Positions 37,178-50,195 are shown, counted from the first letter of the stretch. The stretch: DNA of 64,000 nt from an uncultured Verrucomicrobiae bacterium (GCA_963772365.1 CAVYXA010000001.1:1536001-1600000); one strand, 5' to 3'. Translations and numbers: made by a program. Notes: a model not told the origin generated them from the sequence alone.

Positions 37178-37909
37178 CTACGCCGATACGCCGGCCATTT
37201 CGACCTGCTCGCGAATCCGCGCTTCGTTGCTCGCGGAAACAATCGCATCGACAAGTTTTTGCAGTATCACGCGAATTGCGCGAATCGCATCGTCATTTCC
37301 GGCAATGGGATAATCGATCACGTCCGGGTCGGCATTTGTATCGACAATTGCCACGACTGGTATTCCAAGCCGGCGAGCTTCATTCACGGCATTTTGTTCC
37401 CGAAGTGTGTCAATGACGACCATCGCATCCGGCAATTGCGACATGTCCAAGATTCCTTCGAGATTGCGTCGCAGTTTGGCTGCTTCCCTATTCAGCGCAG
37501 CCAACTCTTGCTTACCCATCTTCCTGTATTCAGGGGATTGTTCGATTTGCTCTATGTATTTCAGTCGACCGATGCTCTTACGAATAGTCGTGAGATTGGT
37601 CAATGTACCGCCGAGCCAGCGTTGATTCACATAAAACTGCCCACAGGCCGATGCTGCTTCTTTGATCGCTTCCTGCGCTTGTTTCTTGCAGCCGACAAAC
37701 AAAATTTTACCACCGCGTCGAGCAACATCCTGGAGAAATTCCGTCGCACGCTGAAGCTGCTGGACAGTCTCGTCAAGGTTGATGATGTAAATCTGATTGC
37801 GTTGTTCGAAGATAAACGGCTTCATTTTCGGGTTCCACCGCTTGGTCTGATGACCAAAATGGACTCCCGCTTCCAAAAGTTCTGGTACTAATTCAGTTGT
37901 ATTTGCCAT
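37178..37909 (-). CDS. rpsB: 30S ribosomal protein S2
   Basis: LLEAGVHFGHQTKRWNPKM, RWLGGTLTN, PIAGNDDA. Confidence 0.98.
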   Translation of the reverse strand: MANTTELVPELLEAGVHFGHQTKRWNPKMKPFIFEQRNQIYIINLDETVQQLQRATEFLQDVARRGGKILFVGCKKQAQEAIKEAASACGQFYVNQRWLGGTLTNLTTIRKSIGRLKYIEQIEQSPEYRKMGKQELAALNREAAKLRRNLEGILDMSQLPDAMVVIDTLREQNAVNEARRLGIPVVAIVDTNADPDVIDYPIAGNDDAIRAIRVILQKLVDAIVSASNEARIREQVEMAGVSA

Positions 37910-38042
37910 AGACAAAAATCGCGCCGGCCAAGCCTGGCGCGGCGGAGCGGGAACATGCTACGAGGGCTGGCGATTAGCAACTACAATTTGCGCGCTGTGG
38001 GATACCGCTCTGCCCTTCGATTTGCCCTTCCTAATCAAAGTC

Positions 38043-38585
38043 TCAGGATGGGGAAACTTGCTTCTCTGCGTACCGCGCCAGGATCCAACACAAATCAGAG
38101 AGTCGATTCAGGTAGCGCACGATTTCAGGGTTGAGATCTTTTTCGGCCCCCATCAACTTGACTACAGCTCGCTCCGATCGACGGCAGATCGTGCGAGCAA
38201 AATCAAGCGCAGCAGAGAGCTCGCTCTGTCCCGGTATTACCCAATCTTTTGGATAAAGCGATTTATCCTTCTCGAGATCGACAATTGCTGCGGTAACGCG
38301 CTCGACCATTGCGCTCGTTGTGAGATGGAATCCATCTTTGACATAGCGTTGTCGATCTTGCGAATGAGTGGCCAGCTCGCCCATCACCACAATCAAATCT
38401 TTCTGCACGGTCAGGATTTGTTCGGATAAGAAGTCCTGAATACAAACGGAGCGCGCCATACCGAGCGCGGCCGTTAGTTCGTCCACGCAGCCATAGGCAT
38501 CGACGCGGGGATCGTTCTTCGACACGCGACGGCCGTACATCAAAGACGTCTCACCCTGATCACCCGTCCTCGTTACGATCGACAT
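38043..38585 (-). CDS. PduO-type ATP:cob(I)alamin adenosyltransferase
   Basis: TRTGDQGETSL, AYGCVDEL, ARTICRRSER, YLNRLSD. Confidence 0.92.
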   Translation of the reverse strand: MSIVTRTGDQGETSLMYGRRVSKNDPRVDAYGCVDELTAALGMARSVCIQDFLSEQILTVQKDLIVVMGELATHSQDRQRYVKDGFHLTTSAMVERVTAAIVDLEKDKSLYPKDWVIPGQSELSAALDFARTICRRSERAVVKLMGAEKDLNPEIVRYLNRLSDLCWILARYAEKQVSPS

Positions 38586-38765
38586 CGGACGAATTGTAGG
38601 GTGTTTCTGCTTGCCACGCCATAGCTATGCGAGGTCTGGCCTGCCGCGCCGCAGCGCATCATAGGCGGGCGAAGCGTCAAGGCTTCTACAGCTTGCGCAT
38701 CGTGACGCAGTTATTCGCCCGCCGGCAATCTCATGCATTTTGGGCGGCCAAATAGCCCTTAAGAT

Positions 38766-39883
38766 TCATTGCAATCCCGTGCCGAGGTACGATTTGGCGA
38801 CCGATGTGTCGGTGGCATTGATAGCGCCGCCCGTGTTCAAATCAGCGCGAAAGTTCGATCCGTTAATTGTCTGCCCGATCCGGAGTTTTATGTAAATAAT
38901 ATCAGAGGAATTCACCGCTCCGTTCCCGTTCGCGTCGCCAGCAAGAATGCTCATTGGGACAATAACATTGCCCGATGTCGATCCATTGCTGACGTCAAAA
39001 AGCGTCACGTTGATGGTCTGAGCGTTGGCGACGTTCGTCAGCGGCACTGTGACGATATTTCCATTAACGAAAACCATTCCACCATTGCTCATTCCTTCGC
39101 TTCCAATCGTACCAGTTCCCAAAGTAACTGCCGCCTGTGGATTTCCGTTGACCATCACGCTGGTTGGAAAAGTTAGCACCATTACGTGATCGTTAGTCAT
39201 GCCGCCGCTGCGGCATTCGATTCCGGGCGTTCCGGTGAGCGGCAGATTAACATCGAAACTGCCGGCAGCTCCGTGGGTTTTCCGAGAAACTGCACTCGTT
39301 GGAACGGGCGGTGTCGGCGTTGGAGTTGGCGTCGTCGTGACATTCAGGACGATACTGCCCGCCGGAATGATGGGGTTATCTTCCAAGTTCATGTCGGTTA
39401 CCACCGACGTACGCGGACTCACGGTCGTCGAGCGCAGTATGTAAGTCCCAGGAGGAGCGTTGGGGGCAAGCGAGAAGGTCACGTCAGTGATATGATACGT
39501 GCCGGGCGGCACCAGTTGCAGAGGGTAGGTTATGGCACCCAGATCGTTAACCTCACACATAAACCCAGCCGTGGCTCCGCTGGTTGAATTAAATAGGAAC
39601 GGATACGGGGATATGTTGTTTGGATCGTTAAATATAAAGTACTGGACATTGGTAATCGTCAGAAAGGGCGCCAACGCATTTTTGGTACTTCCAGCCAGTA
39701 ATCAAGATAATACGCACTGTAGCCGCCAAAGCTTAGATTAACCGAAATGGTGAACGTGCTACCCGGAGTCAGCAGACCCGGGTCGCTGAACGACAACGAC
39801 TGGGTGTGCTGGCCAAAGAGAGAACTGGTGGCCGTCGTCCCGCACAGAATTCCGGCAAGTAATGCAATTCTTACTCGTTTCAC
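38766..39883 (-). CDS. Secreted protein with beta-rich N-domain, PT linker, SRKTHG domain and C-terminal dockerin-like repeat (frameshift near 39680)
   Basis: Signal peptide in the 39659-39982 frame; GDANGNGAVNSSDI..ADLNTGGAINATD duplicated Ca-binding motif; break falls in an A5 homopolymer. Confidence 0.8.
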
Positions 39884-40030
39884 ACGTCTGACCTTTCGGC
39901 CCGATTTTGGGCAGCGTAATCTAAGAGTCAAGCTCCCTTTCCCCGCACCTTCGGCACGATCGCGTGCTGTAAAGCCATCCAATCGCCACCTGATCGTCGG
40001 TCTTGGTTACGATCGACATTCGACCTTGAT

Positions 40031-40101
40031 GGTAGAGCGACACTCTGTGGAGCCCACAAAATGACCGGCACAATCACGGCTCAACAGAGTCTCGCTCTAC
40101 C
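40031..40101. repeat. GTAG-type REP inverted pair after rpoC
   Basis: ggtagagcgacactctgtggagcc ... ggctcaacagagtctcgctctacc. Confidence 0.8.
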
Positions 40102-40112
40102 GGGGGATTCGC

Positions 40113-43100
40113 TTAACCGATCGCAGGCTGCGGCTCGGCTTCCTCCATTACAGGAGCGCCGATCGGTTCGCCTTTCTCGATCAATTTAATCTCGCGATGC
40201 GCGCCGAATCCTGTGCCCGCCGGAATCAAGTGGCCCATGATCACGTTCTCTTTGAATCCGCGCAGCTTGTCGACTTTTCCAAGCGTGGCGGCTTCGGTGA
40301 GCACGCGGGTCGTGTCCTGGAATGACGCAGCCGAGATGAAGCTGTCAGTTTCGAGGGAAGCTTTCGTGATGCCGAGCAAAACGGGAACCGCCTCAGCGGG
40401 CTTGCCGCCTTTCTCGACAACAGCCTCGTTTTCTTGCTCGAAATCGAGTTTGTCGACCTGATCGCCCCAAAGCAATGAGGTATCGCCCGGATCGGTGATC
40501 TTCACCTTGCGCAACATTTGGCGAACAATGATCTCAATATGCTTGTCGTTAATTTCGACGCCTTGCAACCGGTAAACTTCCTGGACTTCGTTGACCAAGT
40601 GTTCCTGCAAATCCTGTGGCCCGCACACCTCGAGAATTTCGTGCGGAACGACCGGACCCTCGGTGAGCTGTTGACCCTTCTTCACAAAATCGCCTTTGAA
40701 AACGATGATGTGTTTTGTTAGCGGAATCAGGTGCTCTTCTTCGACGCCCGTTTCCGGGTCCTTGAGGATGAGCCGCCGTTTGCCGCGAGCCGTGCCGCCC
40801 ATTTCGACAATACCGTCGATCTTGGCAATCTCGGCCGCATCCTTCGGTCGTCGCGCTTCGAACAATTCCGCGACGCGCGGCAAACCGCCTGTGATGTCCT
40901 TGGTCTTTGCGACTTTTCGTGGCGTCTTGGCCAGCAATGCACCAGCCCGAACCTTTTGTCCTTCTTCGACGATAAGGTGAGCGCCGGCAGGAATAGAATA
41001 GCTTGAAAGCACTTCTTTTTTGTCGCCCATGATCACGATTTGCGGATGCAAATCTTCCTTGTGTTCGATAATGACCGTGCCCATCAAGCCGGTCGCTTCA
41101 TCGACATCGCGTTTAATGGTCACGCCCGCTATCATGTCGCGGAATTCAATCTTGCCACCCTTATCGGTCAGAATTGGCACGTTGTACGGATCCCATTGCA
41201 CGAACGTCTCGCCTTTCTTCACCTGACCACCGTCCTTGATCGTGATGACGGAACCAATAACGATATTATAACGTTCGAGCTCACGGCCATCCTTCCCGTG
41301 AATCCCGACAGAACCGTTTTTGTTCAGCACAATCCAGTTGCCCTCGAGAGATTCAACCACGCGCAGATCGTTGTAACGAATTTCGCCGTCATTCTTCGCC
41401 TTAATAATCGGCTGTTTGAACGTTTGACTGGCCGTGCCACCAATGTGGAACGTCCGCATCGTCAATTGCGTGCCGGGCTCGCCAATGGATTGTGCGGCGA
41501 TGATGCCAACTGCCTCGCCCATCTTTACAAATTGGCCAGTGGCCAGGTTGCGGCCATAGCACATCGCACAAACGCCGCGGCCGCACTCGCAAGTCAGCAC
41601 TGACCGAATCTTCAGTTGCTCAACACCAATCCGTTGCAATTCCGCCGCGATCTTCTCGTCTATGAGCTGGTTCGCCTTAACAATTTTCTTCTTCTTGTCG
41701 ACAGGATCGGCAATCGTTTCACAACTGACCCGACCGATGATGCGTTGGGCAAGATCGACAACTTCTTCATCCCCTTCGTAGATCGAGCGCACCAAAATGC
41801 CGTTGACCGTGTCGCAATCTGGTTCGTTGATGATCACGTCTTGGGCGGCATCGACAAGTTTACGCGTGAGGTAACCCGAATCCGCTGTTTTCAGCGCTGT
41901 ATCGGCCAAACCTTTCCGAGCACCGTGAGTCGAAATGAAGTATTCGAGCACACTCAATCCCTCGCGGAAATTCGAAGTGATCGGGCGCTCGATGATTTCG
42001 CCGCTCGGCTTTGCCATCAAACCGCGCATTCCGGCGAGCTGTCGCACCTGTTGACGATTGCCACGGGCCCCGGAATCGACCATCAGATAAACCGGGTTTA
42101 ATTCCTTGCGTCCCTCATTGTGTTCGAGAGTGCGGAACATGACGCTTGAGATCTCATCTCCAGCGTGAGTCCAGATGTCGATGATCTTGTTGTAACGCTC
42201 GCCGTCCGTAATGATACCTTTGCGATACTGCTGCTCCACCAAACGGATCTGCTTGTAAGCACTCTCCAGCTCCGTTTGCTTCTCCTTTGGAATAATCATG
42301 TCCGAAATTCCAATCGAGATGCCAGCCCTGGTCGCTTCGGTGAATCCGAGTTCTTTCAATCTATCCAAGGTAGCCACTGTCTCGGCGGGTCCGGCGACCT
42401 GGTAACAGCGCCAGATAATGTCGCTGAGTTGTTTCTTGCCGGCGGCCTTGTTGAAGAAGCCGAGTTCTTTTGGCCAAATTTGATTGAACAACACGCGGCC
42501 GGCAGTCGTTTCGATCGTTTTGGCGGTCGCGTTGCCGTTGATTGTCTGCTTGCCCAAATCCGGATTCTTGAAGCGAATGCGGTCGTGAGTGCGAATCGTT
42601 CTTTCCGCCATGGCAAATTCCACTTCGAAAGCTTCGGCAAAGAGCGGTAAATGTTGAGCATCCTTTGTCGCACCGCGCGGATTCTGCGTCAGGTAATAGC
42701 AGCCTAGCGTAATGTCCTGCGAAGGAGTCGTGATCGGTTTCCCGCTCGATGGCGAGAAAATATTGTTTGGTGCCAGCATCAACATTCGCGCTTCCAATTG
42801 CGCTTCGACCGACAGCGGCACGTGGACAGCCATTTGATCGCCGTCGAAGTCCGCATTGTAGGCGGTACAAACGAGCGGATGAATCCGAATCGCTTCGCCC
42901 TCGATCAATTGCGGTTCGAAAGCCTGGATCGACAATCGATGCAAAGTCGGCGCCCGGTTCAACAAAACCGGATGCCCACGGGTAACTTCATCTAGAATGT
43001 CCCATACTTCGGGCGTCTGGCGTTCGATCATTTTCTTCGCGCTGCGCACCGTGTGCACATAACCAAGGTCCTTTAGTCGGCGAATGATGAACGGCTCGAA

Positions 43101-44231
43101 CAACACGAGCGCCATTTTCTTGGGCAAACCACATTGATGAAGTTTGAGCTCCGGCCCGATAACGATCACCGAGCGGCCGGAATAATCGACACGCTTGCCC
43201 AAAAGATTTTGGCGGAACCGGCCACCTTTGCCCTTAAGCATATCGCTGAGCGATTTAAGCGGTCGGTTACCGGCACCCGTCACAGCGCGCCCGTGACGAC
43301 CGTTGTCAAACAAAGCATCCACCGCTTCCTGCAACATCCGCTTCTCGTTTCGAATGATGACGTCCGGCGTCTTCAGCATCAGCAGATTCTTGAGCCGGTT
43401 ATTTCGGTTAATCACGCGACGATAAAGGTCGTTTAGATCGGAGGTGGCAAATCGGCCGCCTTCCAAAGGAACCAATGGTCGCAAATCCGGCGGAATCACC
43501 GGCAGCACATCGAGAATCATCCATTCAGGACGCGCGTGCGAGTGCTGGAATCCCTGGACGAGCTTGAGACGTTTCGCGAGTTTCTTGCGAATCTGTTTGC
43601 TCTTGGTGGCGCCCATCGCCTTTTCCAGCTCTTTGTTCAGCTTATTTAGATCGATTTCAGACAGCAATTTCTTCACTGCTTCGGCGCCCATGCCGGCTAC
43701 AAAATCCTCGCCGTACTGTTCCTGGGCTTCCCGAAATTCCACCTCGTTCAGAAGCTGGGTCTTTTGCAACGGAGTCTTGCCCGGATCGATGACGATGTAG
43801 TCCTCGTAGTAAATGACGCGCTCAAGCTGCCGCGCACTCATGTCGAGCATCAATCCGATCCGTGACGGCATGCATTTGTAGAACCAAATGTGCGAAACCG
43901 GGACCGCCAGCTCGATGTGGCCCATCCGCTCCCGGCGGACACGAGCCAGAGTCACTTCCACGCCGCAGCGATCACAAATCACGCCCTTGTGTTTGATCCG
44001 CTTGTATTTTCCGCAAGAACATTCCCAATCCCGTGTCGGACCAAAGATTCGCTCGCAGAAAAGACCCCCCTTTTCCGGTTTGAATGTCCGGTAATTGATG
44101 GTTTCGGGATTTTTGACTTCGCCCTTGCTCCAGGACCGCATCGTGTCGCTCGACGCGACACCGATCGCCACTTGATCAAAACCCACAGGGCGTTCCTCGC
44201 CCACTAACTCACGCCAGGAATGTTCGTTCAT
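40113..44231 (-). CDS. rpoC: RNA polymerase beta' subunit
   Basis: [12 protein letters not shown], zinc finger, [13 protein letters not shown]. Confidence 0.99.
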   Translation of the reverse strand: MNEHSWRELVGEERPVGFDQVAIGVASSDTMRSWSKGEVKNPETINYRTFKPEKGGLFCERIFGPTRDWECSCGKYKRIKHKGVICDRCGVEVTLARVRRERMGHIELAVPVSHIWFYKCMPSRIGLMLDMSARQLERVIYYEDYIVIDPGKTPLQKTQLLNEVEFREAQEQYGEDFVAGMGAEAVKKLLSEIDLNKLNKELEKAMGATKSKQIRKKLAKRLKLVQGFQHSHARPEWMILDVLPVIPPDLRPLVPLEGGRFATSDLNDLYRRVINRNNRLKNLLMLKTPDVIIRNEKRMLQEAVDALFDNGRHGRAVTGAGNRPLKSLSDMLKGKGGRFRQNLLGKRVDYSGRSVIVIGPELKLHQCGLPKKMALVLFEPFIIRRLKDLGYVHTVRSAKKMIERQTPEVWDILDEVTRGHPVLLNRAPTLHRLSIQAFEPQLIEGEAIRIHPLVCTAYNADFDGDQMAVHVPLSVEAQLEARMLMLAPNNIFSPSSGKPITTPSQDITLGCYYLTQNPRGATKDAQHLPLFAEAFEVEFAMAERTIRTHDRIRFKNPDLGKQTINGNATAKTIETTAGRVLFNQIWPKELGFFNKAAGKKQLSDIIWRCYQVAGPAETVATLDRLKELGFTEATRAGISIGISDMIIPKEKQTELESAYKQIRLVEQQYRKGIITDGERYNKIIDIWTHAGDEISSVMFRTLEHNEGRKELNPVYLMVDSGARGNRQQVRQLAGMRGLMAKPSGEIIERPITSNFREGLSVLEYFISTHGARKGLADTALKTADSGYLTRKLVDAAQDVIINEPDCDTVNGILVRSIYEGDEEVVDLAQRIIGRVSCETIADPVDKKKKIVKANQLIDEKIAAELQRIGVEQLKIRSVLTCECGRGVCAMCYGRNLATGQFVKMGEAVGIIAAQSIGEPGTQLTMRTFHIGGTASQTFKQPIIKAKNDGEIRYNDLRVVESLEGNWIVLNKNGSVGIHGKDGRELERYNIVIGSVITIKDGGQVKKGETFVQWDPYNVPILTDKGGKIEFRDMIAGVTIKRDVDEATGLMGTVIIEHKEDLHPQIVIMGDKKEVLSSYSIPAGAHLIVEEGQKVRAGALLAKTPRKVAKTKDITGGLPRVAELFEARRPKDAAEIAKIDGIVEMGGTARGKRRLILKDPETGVEEEHLIPLTKHIIVFKGDFVKKGQQLTEGPVVPHEILEVCGPQDLQEHLVNEVQEVYRLQGVEINDKHIEIIVRQMLRKVKITDPGDTSLLWGDQVDKLDFEQENEAVVEKGGKPAEAVPVLLGITKASLETDSFISAASFQDTTRVLTEAATLGKVDKLRGFKENVIMGHLIPAGTGFGAHREIKLIEKGEPIGAPVMEEAEPQPAIG

Positions 44232-44261
44232 GTTTTTTTCTTCTAATTGTCGATCGTAAAA

Positions 44262-47200
44262 TTAGGTCACATTTTCCAGGAAAGCGGTCGGAGCTTGTGC
44301 GCCAACTTTTACGTCGAGCCCGAGGCTCTGCATTTCCTTAATTAAAACGTTGAAGGATTCCGGGGTTCCCGCTTCCAACGAATTGTCGCCTTTAACGATC
44401 GATTCGTAGATTCGTGTGCGTCCCTGCACGTCATCGGATTTCACGGTCAAGAGCTCCTGCAACGTGTAAGCCGCGCCGTATGCTTCCAGCGCCCAAACTT
44501 CCATTTCGCCAAAACGCTGGCCGCCATATTGGGCTTTTCCGCCAAGCGGCTGCTGAGTCACCAGGGAATATGGACCTACCGCACGAGCGTGAATCTTGTC
44601 CGCCACCAAATGCCCTAGCTTCATCATATAAATGTAGCCGACCACAACTTCCTGATCGAAAGGTTCACCGGTCCGGCCATCAAATAGCCGGGCCTTGCCA
44701 TTTTCCTGGACCCAGCCAAATCCCTCCTGTTTGCGTGCATCTTTTAGATACTCGCGAATCTTGGTTTCTTTGATGCCATCGAACACTGGCGTCGCTACCT
44801 TGAAGCCGAGCGCTTTTGCGGCAACACCCAAGTGAGTCTCAAGAACCTGGCCGACGTTCATTCGGCTGGGCACACCGAGAGGGTTCAGCACGATTTCCAC
44901 TGGCGTTCCATCATTGAGAAACGGCATGTCTTCCTCCGGAACGATGCGCGCAACTACGCCCTTGTTTCCATGGCGTCCTGCCATCTTGTCGCCCACGCTC
45001 AATTTGCGCTTGCTGGCGACATAGACTTTCACCTGCTTGATGATCCCGGGATCGATATCATCGCCGCTTTCGACTCGGTCCATTGCGCGCTCGCGCTCGA
45101 GCTCGAGTTCGGCGAACTTGTGTTGGTACGAGGCTATGATCTCGCGAATCTTGTTTCGAATCGGGCTGGGATCGATTTCAATGTGGTCATAGACGTTCGC
45201 CAATTTCCGCAACAACGTCTTGGTGATTTTGCGATTTGCGGGAATGATAATCTCACCCGTTTCCGCGTTGACCACGTCGAGCGGAATTTTTTCTCCGAGC
45301 AGGATATTAGAAAGTGCATCTGTGAGTTGCTCTGTCAGCTCTTCTTTCTTGCGCCTGTGTTCTTCGCTGATCTGCTTTAGCTGCCGTTTCGTTTCCGCCG
45401 GCGTCAACTTCTCGCGCGACACTTCGCGACGAGATGACACCTTCACATCCATCACGATGCCATAGGTGCCGGATGGAACCGTCAGCGATGTATCCTTCAC
45501 ATCGGCGGCTTTTTCCCCGAATATGGCACGCAAGAGCCGCTCTTCTGGAGCCAATTCCGTTTCGCTCTTGGGCGTGATTTTACCGACAAGAATATCGCCA
45601 GGCTTCACTTCCGCGCCGATTCGCACGACGCCATCCGGGCCGAGATTGCGCAAAGCTTCTTCGCTGACATTGGGAATATCGCGCGTGATTTCTTCCGGGC
45701 CGAGCTTGGTGTCGCGCGCGCCGATCTCGAACTCATCGATGTGGATCGATGTGTAAACGTCCTCCTTCACGACCTTCTCTGAGATCATGATGGCATCTTC
45801 GAAGTTATAACCGTTCCACGGCATGAACGCGACGAGCACATTTCGGCCGAGCGCGAGCTCTCCATCCTGCGTGTTTGGGCCGTCGGCAATAACCTGCCCC
45901 CTCTTTACATGCTGGCCCTTGTGAACAATCGGCTTCTGATTGATGCACGTGCCGGCATTTGAACGCATGAACTTCCGCAGCTCGTAGACGTGAATTCCTT
46001 TTTCGGGATCACTCTTCAGCTTGCGTTTTCCTTCGGGCATATCGCCATCTTTCGTGACAACGATCTGCTCGGCCGTGACGGAAGCGACTCTGCCGCTTTC
46101 CACTGCGAGAAGCACCGCATGCGAATCGCGCGCCACCTTGGCCTCCAATCCCGTGCCGACGAGTGGCGCTTCAGAGACAATCAAGGGGACACCTTGCCGC
46201 TGCATATTCGATCCCATGAGAGCCCGGTTGGCATCATCATGCTCGAGGAATGGAATTAATCCGGCTGCCACCGAGACGAGTTGTTTCGGCGAAACATCCA
46301 TGTAATGCACTTTGGAAGGCTCGACCTCCAAAAAATCACCGCGATAGCGAACAGAGACTTTTTCACCGGTGAAATGCCCGCGACCATCCACGGGTGCATT
46401 TGCCTGCGCAACTAGGTAGTTCTCTTCCCGATCCGCAGTGAGATAATCCATCTCGTCGCTAACGCGACCGTTGTGGACTTTCCGATACGGCGTTTCGATG
46501 AAACCAAATTCGTTAATCCGGGCGAACGTGCTCATCGAACTGATCAAGCCGATGTTAGGACCTTCCGGCGTTTCTATAGGACAGATCCGGCCATAGTGCG
46601 ATGGATGCACGTCCCGGACTTCGAAACCCGCGCGGTCTCGACTCAAACCACCCGGCCCAAGCGCGGATAAGCGCCGTTTGTGAGTCAGTTCCGCCAGCGG
46701 ATTGGTTTGATCCATAAACTGGGACAACTGTGACCTCCCAAAGAAATCTCGAATCACCGCACTGAGCGCCTTGGGATTAATAAGCTTTTGCGGCGTCATT
46801 CCATCGACATTGATGTCGAACAATGTCATTCGCTCCTTGACCAGGCGCTCCGTTCGAGCCAGACCAACGCGACATTGATTCGCCAGCAACTCACCGACCG
46901 TTCGCACGCGTCGGCTGCCGAGGTGATCAATATCATCCAGCGTGCCTTCACCGCGACGCAGGTTGATCAAATACTTGATCGCAGCGATAAAATCCTTGTC
47001 CGTTAAAATTCGCTCGCCAAGATCGACATCGATGCCGAGCTTTTGATTGATCTTGTAACGTCCGACCCTGCCCAAGTCATATTTCTTCGGATCAAAAAAG
47101 AGACGCTTTAACAGAGCACGCGCGTTTGCGACCGTCGGCGGGTCTCCCGGGCGCAACCGCCGGTAGATATCTTTGAGTGCTTCCTCCTGATCATGCGCCG

Positions 47201-48071
47201 GATCTTTCCGAAGGGCTTTTACCACTGTGTCATCAGTTGCGATATTGATGACCTTTACTTCCTTGATCTTGAGCGCCAGTATCTGGCGAACGGTTGCCAG
47301 AGTAAGCGGCTCGAACGCGCGGGCAACGGTGACTTCGCCATCACGCACTTCTTCAGTGAGCACCTTCGTGGCCAGCTCCTCTTCATCGAGCTTTTCGCTC
47401 AGCTTCAGCCTCTCGATGTTATAAAAAAGCTCGATGACTTCTTCATCAGAGCCATAGCCAAGTGCGCGCAGAAAAGTCGTGGCCAAAAATTTTCGGCGGC
47501 GTTTGCGGCGATCGAGATAAATGTAAAGCAGATCGGCTGTATCGAATTGAACTTCGATCCAGGAACCTCGATCGGGAATGATGCGAAAGCTGTAGAGTAC
47601 TTTTCCGTTGAGATGCACCGTTGATTCAAAGGCGATGCCAGGTGATCGATGTAATTGACTCACGACCACGCGCTCAGCCCCATTGATCACGAATGTCCCC
47701 TGCTCCGTCATCAACGGGATTTCACCCATGTAAACCTTTTCTTCCTTTGTCCCCTTTTCCTCGCGCAACTGGAACGTCACATGAAGCGGCGCACTGTAGG
47801 TCTGGCCTTCGCGTTGCGCTTCCAGAGCACTGAGTTTGGGTTCGCCAATCTCATAATGGCTGAAATCGAGCACTGCCTTTTCATCGTAGCTCTCGATCGG
47901 GAAGACTTCCTTGAAGACGGCCTGCAATCCGTGATTCTTCCGTTTTGCGAATGGCACGTCTTTTTGCAGAAAATCGACGTAGGAATTGAGTTGAACTTCT
48001 ATAAGGTTCGGCGGCTCAGTGGCTTCTTTGATTGTTCCGAACTGAATGCGATCCGAGTTTCGTTCCGCCAT
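44262..48071 (-). CDS. rpoB: RNA polymerase beta subunit
   Basis: [34 protein letters not shown]. Confidence 0.99.
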   Translation of the reverse strand: MAERNSDRIQFGTIKEATEPPNLIEVQLNSYVDFLQKDVPFAKRKNHGLQAVFKEVFPIESYDEKAVLDFSHYEIGEPKLSALEAQREGQTYSAPLHVTFQLREEKGTKEEKVYMGEIPLMTEQGTFVINGAERVVVSQLHRSPGIAFESTVHLNGKVLYSFRIIPDRGSWIEVQFDTADLLYIYLDRRKRRRKFLATTFLRALGYGSDEEVIELFYNIERLKLSEKLDEEELATKVLTEEVRDGEVTVARAFEPLTLATVRQILALKIKEVKVINIATDDTVVKALRKDPAHDQEEALKDIYRRLRPGDPPTVANARALLKRLFFDPKKYDLGRVGRYKINQKLGIDVDLGERILTDKDFIAAIKYLINLRRGEGTLDDIDHLGSRRVRTVGELLANQCRVGLARTERLVKERMTLFDINVDGMTPQKLINPKALSAVIRDFFGRSQLSQFMDQTNPLAELTHKRRLSALGPGGLSRDRAGFEVRDVHPSHYGRICPIETPEGPNIGLISSMSTFARINEFGFIETPYRKVHNGRVSDEMDYLTADREENYLVAQANAPVDGRGHFTGEKVSVRYRGDFLEVEPSKVHYMDVSPKQLVSVAAGLIPFLEHDDANRALMGSNMQRQGVPLIVSEAPLVGTGLEAKVARDSHAVLLAVESGRVASVTAEQIVVTKDGDMPEGKRKLKSDPEKGIHVYELRKFMRSNAGTCINQKPIVHKGQHVKRGQVIADGPNTQDGELALGRNVLVAFMPWNGYNFEDAIMISEKVVKEDVYTSIHIDEFEIGARDTKLGPEEITRDIPNVSEEALRNLGPDGVVRIGAEVKPGDILVGKITPKSETELAPEERLLRAIFGEKAADVKDTSLTVPSGTYGIVMDVKVSSRREVSREKLTPAETKRQLKQISEEHRRKKEELTEQLTDALSNILLGEKIPLDVVNAETGEIIIPANRKITKTLLRKLANVYDHIEIDPSPIRNKIREIIASYQHKFAELELERERAMDRVESGDDIDPGIIKQVKVYVASKRKLSVGDKMAGRHGNKGVVARIVPEEDMPFLNDGTPVEIVLNPLGVPSRMNVGQVLETHLGVAAKALGFKVATPVFDGIKETKIREYLKDARKQEGFGWVQENGKARLFDGRTGEPFDQEVVVGYIYMMKLGHLVADKIHARAVGPYSLVTQQPLGGKAQYGGQRFGEMEVWALEAYGAAYTLQELLTVKSDDVQGRTRIYESIVKGDNSLEAGTPESFNVLIKEMQSLGLDVKVGAQAPTAFLENVT

Positions 48072-48175
48072 AATCAATTAAGTGGACCAGGGTTGTAAAG
48101 ACGCCTCCGGCCACGATGGTCGCGACCAGCAGACGTAGTGTGTGTTTAGGGGGTTACCAGCGCGCGAAGAGCGCA

Positions 48176-48204
48176 AAAATGGCAGCAAAACAGCAGGCTG
48201 TCAA
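48176..48204 (-). promoter_or_regulatory. Putative internal promoter for rpoBC
   Basis: TTGACA-N17-CATTTT with an extended TG, downstream of the rplL terminator. Confidence 0.5.
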
Positions 48205-48342
48205 ATCGACTCCCTCTGTTTTGTTGCCAATTGTGTGTTCTGCCCTTGGACGCCGGGTTAAAAATACTTCTAACAGACGTCGACTTTATTTGAAAAAAGA
48301 TCCTGCGCAACAATAATTCTGCGCGCAGAAAAAATTTCTTAT

Positions 48343-48367
48343 GGGGCGCATGTTTTTCATGCGCCCC
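48343..48367 (-). terminator. Terminator/attenuator hairpin after rplL
   Basis: ggggcgcatg/catgcgcccc perfect 10-bp stem. Confidence 0.7.
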
Positions 48368-48380
48368 ATGCCAAAAAGCT

Positions 48381-48773
48381 TTACTTGATCTCGACCTTCG
48401 CCCCGGCTGCTTCGATCTTTTTCTTGATCTCTTCAGCCTCCGCTTTGGTAACGCCTTCCTTGATCGGTTTTGGAGCGCCTTCCACAAGCGCCTTTGCTTC
48501 AGCCAAACCGAGTCCAGGCACTGCACCGCGCACTTCCTTAATCACGCCGATCTTGTTCGCGCCCATCTCTTTCAGAATGACGTCAAACGTCGCCTTTTCT
48601 TCAGCCGGAGCCGCGGCTGCACCGCCCGCCGCACCTACGGCCGGACCCGCCGCCACTGCGACCGGCGCCGCTGCGCTGACGCCCCATTTTTCTTCGAGCT
48701 GCTTGACCAATCCAGCAATCTCCAGGACCGAAAGGCCACTGAGTTGTTCCACCAATTTGTCTGTTTCTGCCAT
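48381..48773 (-). CDS. rplL: 50S ribosomal protein L7/L12
   Basis: [30 protein letters not shown]. Confidence 0.98.
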   Translation of the reverse strand: MAETDKLVEQLSGLSVLEIAGLVKQLEEKWGVSAAAPVAVAAGPAVGAAGGAAAAPAEEKATFDVILKEMGANKIGVIKEVRGAVPGLGLAEAKALVEGAPKPIKEGVTKAEAEEIKKKIEAAGAKVEIK

Positions 48774-48898
48774 TTTGTTTCCTCCAATTGCCGCCTCCGA
48801 ACGCCTCCGAAGAATTAAAGCCGATAGCCATCGGCTCGGACAGTTTGTTTGTTAGTGCTCATTCCGCTCCAAAGCGAAACGAAATTTTAAGCGGTAGC

Positions 48899-49420
48899 CT
48901 ATGCTGCTGCGCCCTCCTTTTCTGCCTTTGCTTTCAGCAGTCGCGCCAGAGCCGATCCTGGCTCGTTAAAAATGCGAACAAGGCGCGTGGCCGGCGCAAG
49001 TAGCAACCCCAGCAACTGTGCCTGCAAAACTTCGCGCGCAGGTAGATCGGCCAGCTGTTCCAACTCACTTGTCGAAAGAATGACCCGATCGACAAGGCCA
49101 ATCTTGAGCGCGGCGATCTTAAATTCGGTTGCAAACATCTTCAAAACCTTGGCCACCGGCGCGACATCTTTTTCCCCTGTCACCACCGCTGTTTGGCCAG
49201 CCAGCTTCTCGCTGACATCCGCCATTCCGGAATCAGCCATCGCTCGTTTGAGAAAATTATTCTTAACCACATGCACTTCAGCACCCGCCGGCGCCAGACG
49301 GTTCCGCAATTCATTGAAATCCACGACTTTCATCCGCTGGTAATCAGCAACGAGCACAAAAGGGGAGCGGCTCAACTTCTCGGAAAGATCGGAAACAATA
49401 CTGGGTTTCTCTCGTCGCAT
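48899..49420 (-). CDS. rplJ: 50S ribosomal protein L10
   Basis: VVKNNFLKRA, LADLPAREVLQAQLLG; lies between rplA and rplL. Confidence 0.95.
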   Translation of the reverse strand: MRREKPSIVSDLSEKLSRSPFVLVADYQRMKVVDFNELRNRLAPAGAEVHVVKNNFLKRAMADSGMADVSEKLAGQTAVVTGEKDVAPVAKVLKMFATEFKIAALKIGLVDRVILSTSELEQLADLPAREVLQAQLLGLLLAPATRLVRIFNEPGSALARLLKAKAEKEGAAA

Positions 49421-49431
49421 ATTCGTAGCTC

Positions 49432-50139
49432 CTATGCCGCAGCGCCCAAGTACGGCGCTGGGTCGACATGAACACCGGGCGACATGGTCGCACTAATGGT
49501 GACACTTTCAAGATAGCGGCCCTTTGCGGTCGCTGGTCGTGCGCGCACCACCGCCTCAATGACGGCTTTACCATTCTCCACAAGGGCATTTTGTTCGAAC
49601 GAAAACTTTCCTACTGGCACAGCGACATTGCCATTTTTGTCGAGCTTGAATTCCACGCGACCGGCTTTCACTTCCTGTACGGCTTTTGCCGTATCGTCAG
49701 TCACTGTGCCCGTTCGTGGGTTCGGCATCAGACCGCGCGGCCCGAGCACTTTTCCAAGTTTGCGAACTTCAGCCATAGCCGTGGGTGTGGCGACCGCCAC
49801 GTCGAAATCAGAAAAGCCTTCCTGGCACTTCTGAATCAGATCTTTGAAACCGACATGTTCTGCGCCAGCATCCTTCGCAGCCTGAGCGGCCTCGCCTTCC
49901 GCAAACACGAGGACGCGGACCTGCTTGCCGCTTCCATGCGGCAATGCACACGTGCCGCGCACCATCTGATCTGATTGCTTAGGATCGACACTCAGGCGAA
50001 AAGCTAGCGTCACTGTCTGATCGAACTTGGTAACGGGAAATTTCTTCAATGTCGCTACGGCGTCATTGAGGGGATAGATCTTTGATCGGTCCACTAGCTC
50101 GGTGGCCGCCCGGTAACGTTTGCTGCGATTTTGTGGCAT
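49432..50139 (-). CDS. rplA: 50S ribosomal protein L1
   Basis: KFDQTV, DQMVRG..LPHGSG, LGPRGLMPNPRTGTV, TMSPG. Confidence 0.98.
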   Translation of the reverse strand: MPQNRSKRYRAATELVDRSKIYPLNDAVATLKKFPVTKFDQTVTLAFRLSVDPKQSDQMVRGTCALPHGSGKQVRVLVFAEGEAAQAAKDAGAEHVGFKDLIQKCQEGFSDFDVAVATPTAMAEVRKLGKVLGPRGLMPNPRTGTVTDDTAKAVQEVKAGRVEFKLDKNGNVAVPVGKFSFEQNALVENGKAVIEAVVRARPATAKGRYLESVTISATMSPGVHVDPAPYLGAAA

Positions 50140-50147
50140 ATGATTGT

Positions 50148-50177
50148 GCAGTTCGAACGAGCACGATGCTCTCCTGC
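50148..50177 (-). promoter_or_regulatory. Putative L1-binding autoregulatory RNA site
   Basis: GCAG-GA-GAGCA-tcg-TGCTC-GTTCGAA-CTGC: two stems around an asymmetric GGAG internal loop, 8 nt before the rplA ATG. Confidence 0.7.
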
Positions 50178-50195
50178 GGTTGGGTTGGGACGCGC

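Noticed and set aside
40213..48098. Numerous plus-strand ORFs opposite rpoB/rpoC (similarly opposite tuf, nusG, rpsB)
   Set aside because: Antisense shadows caused by codon bias; no recognisable motifs.
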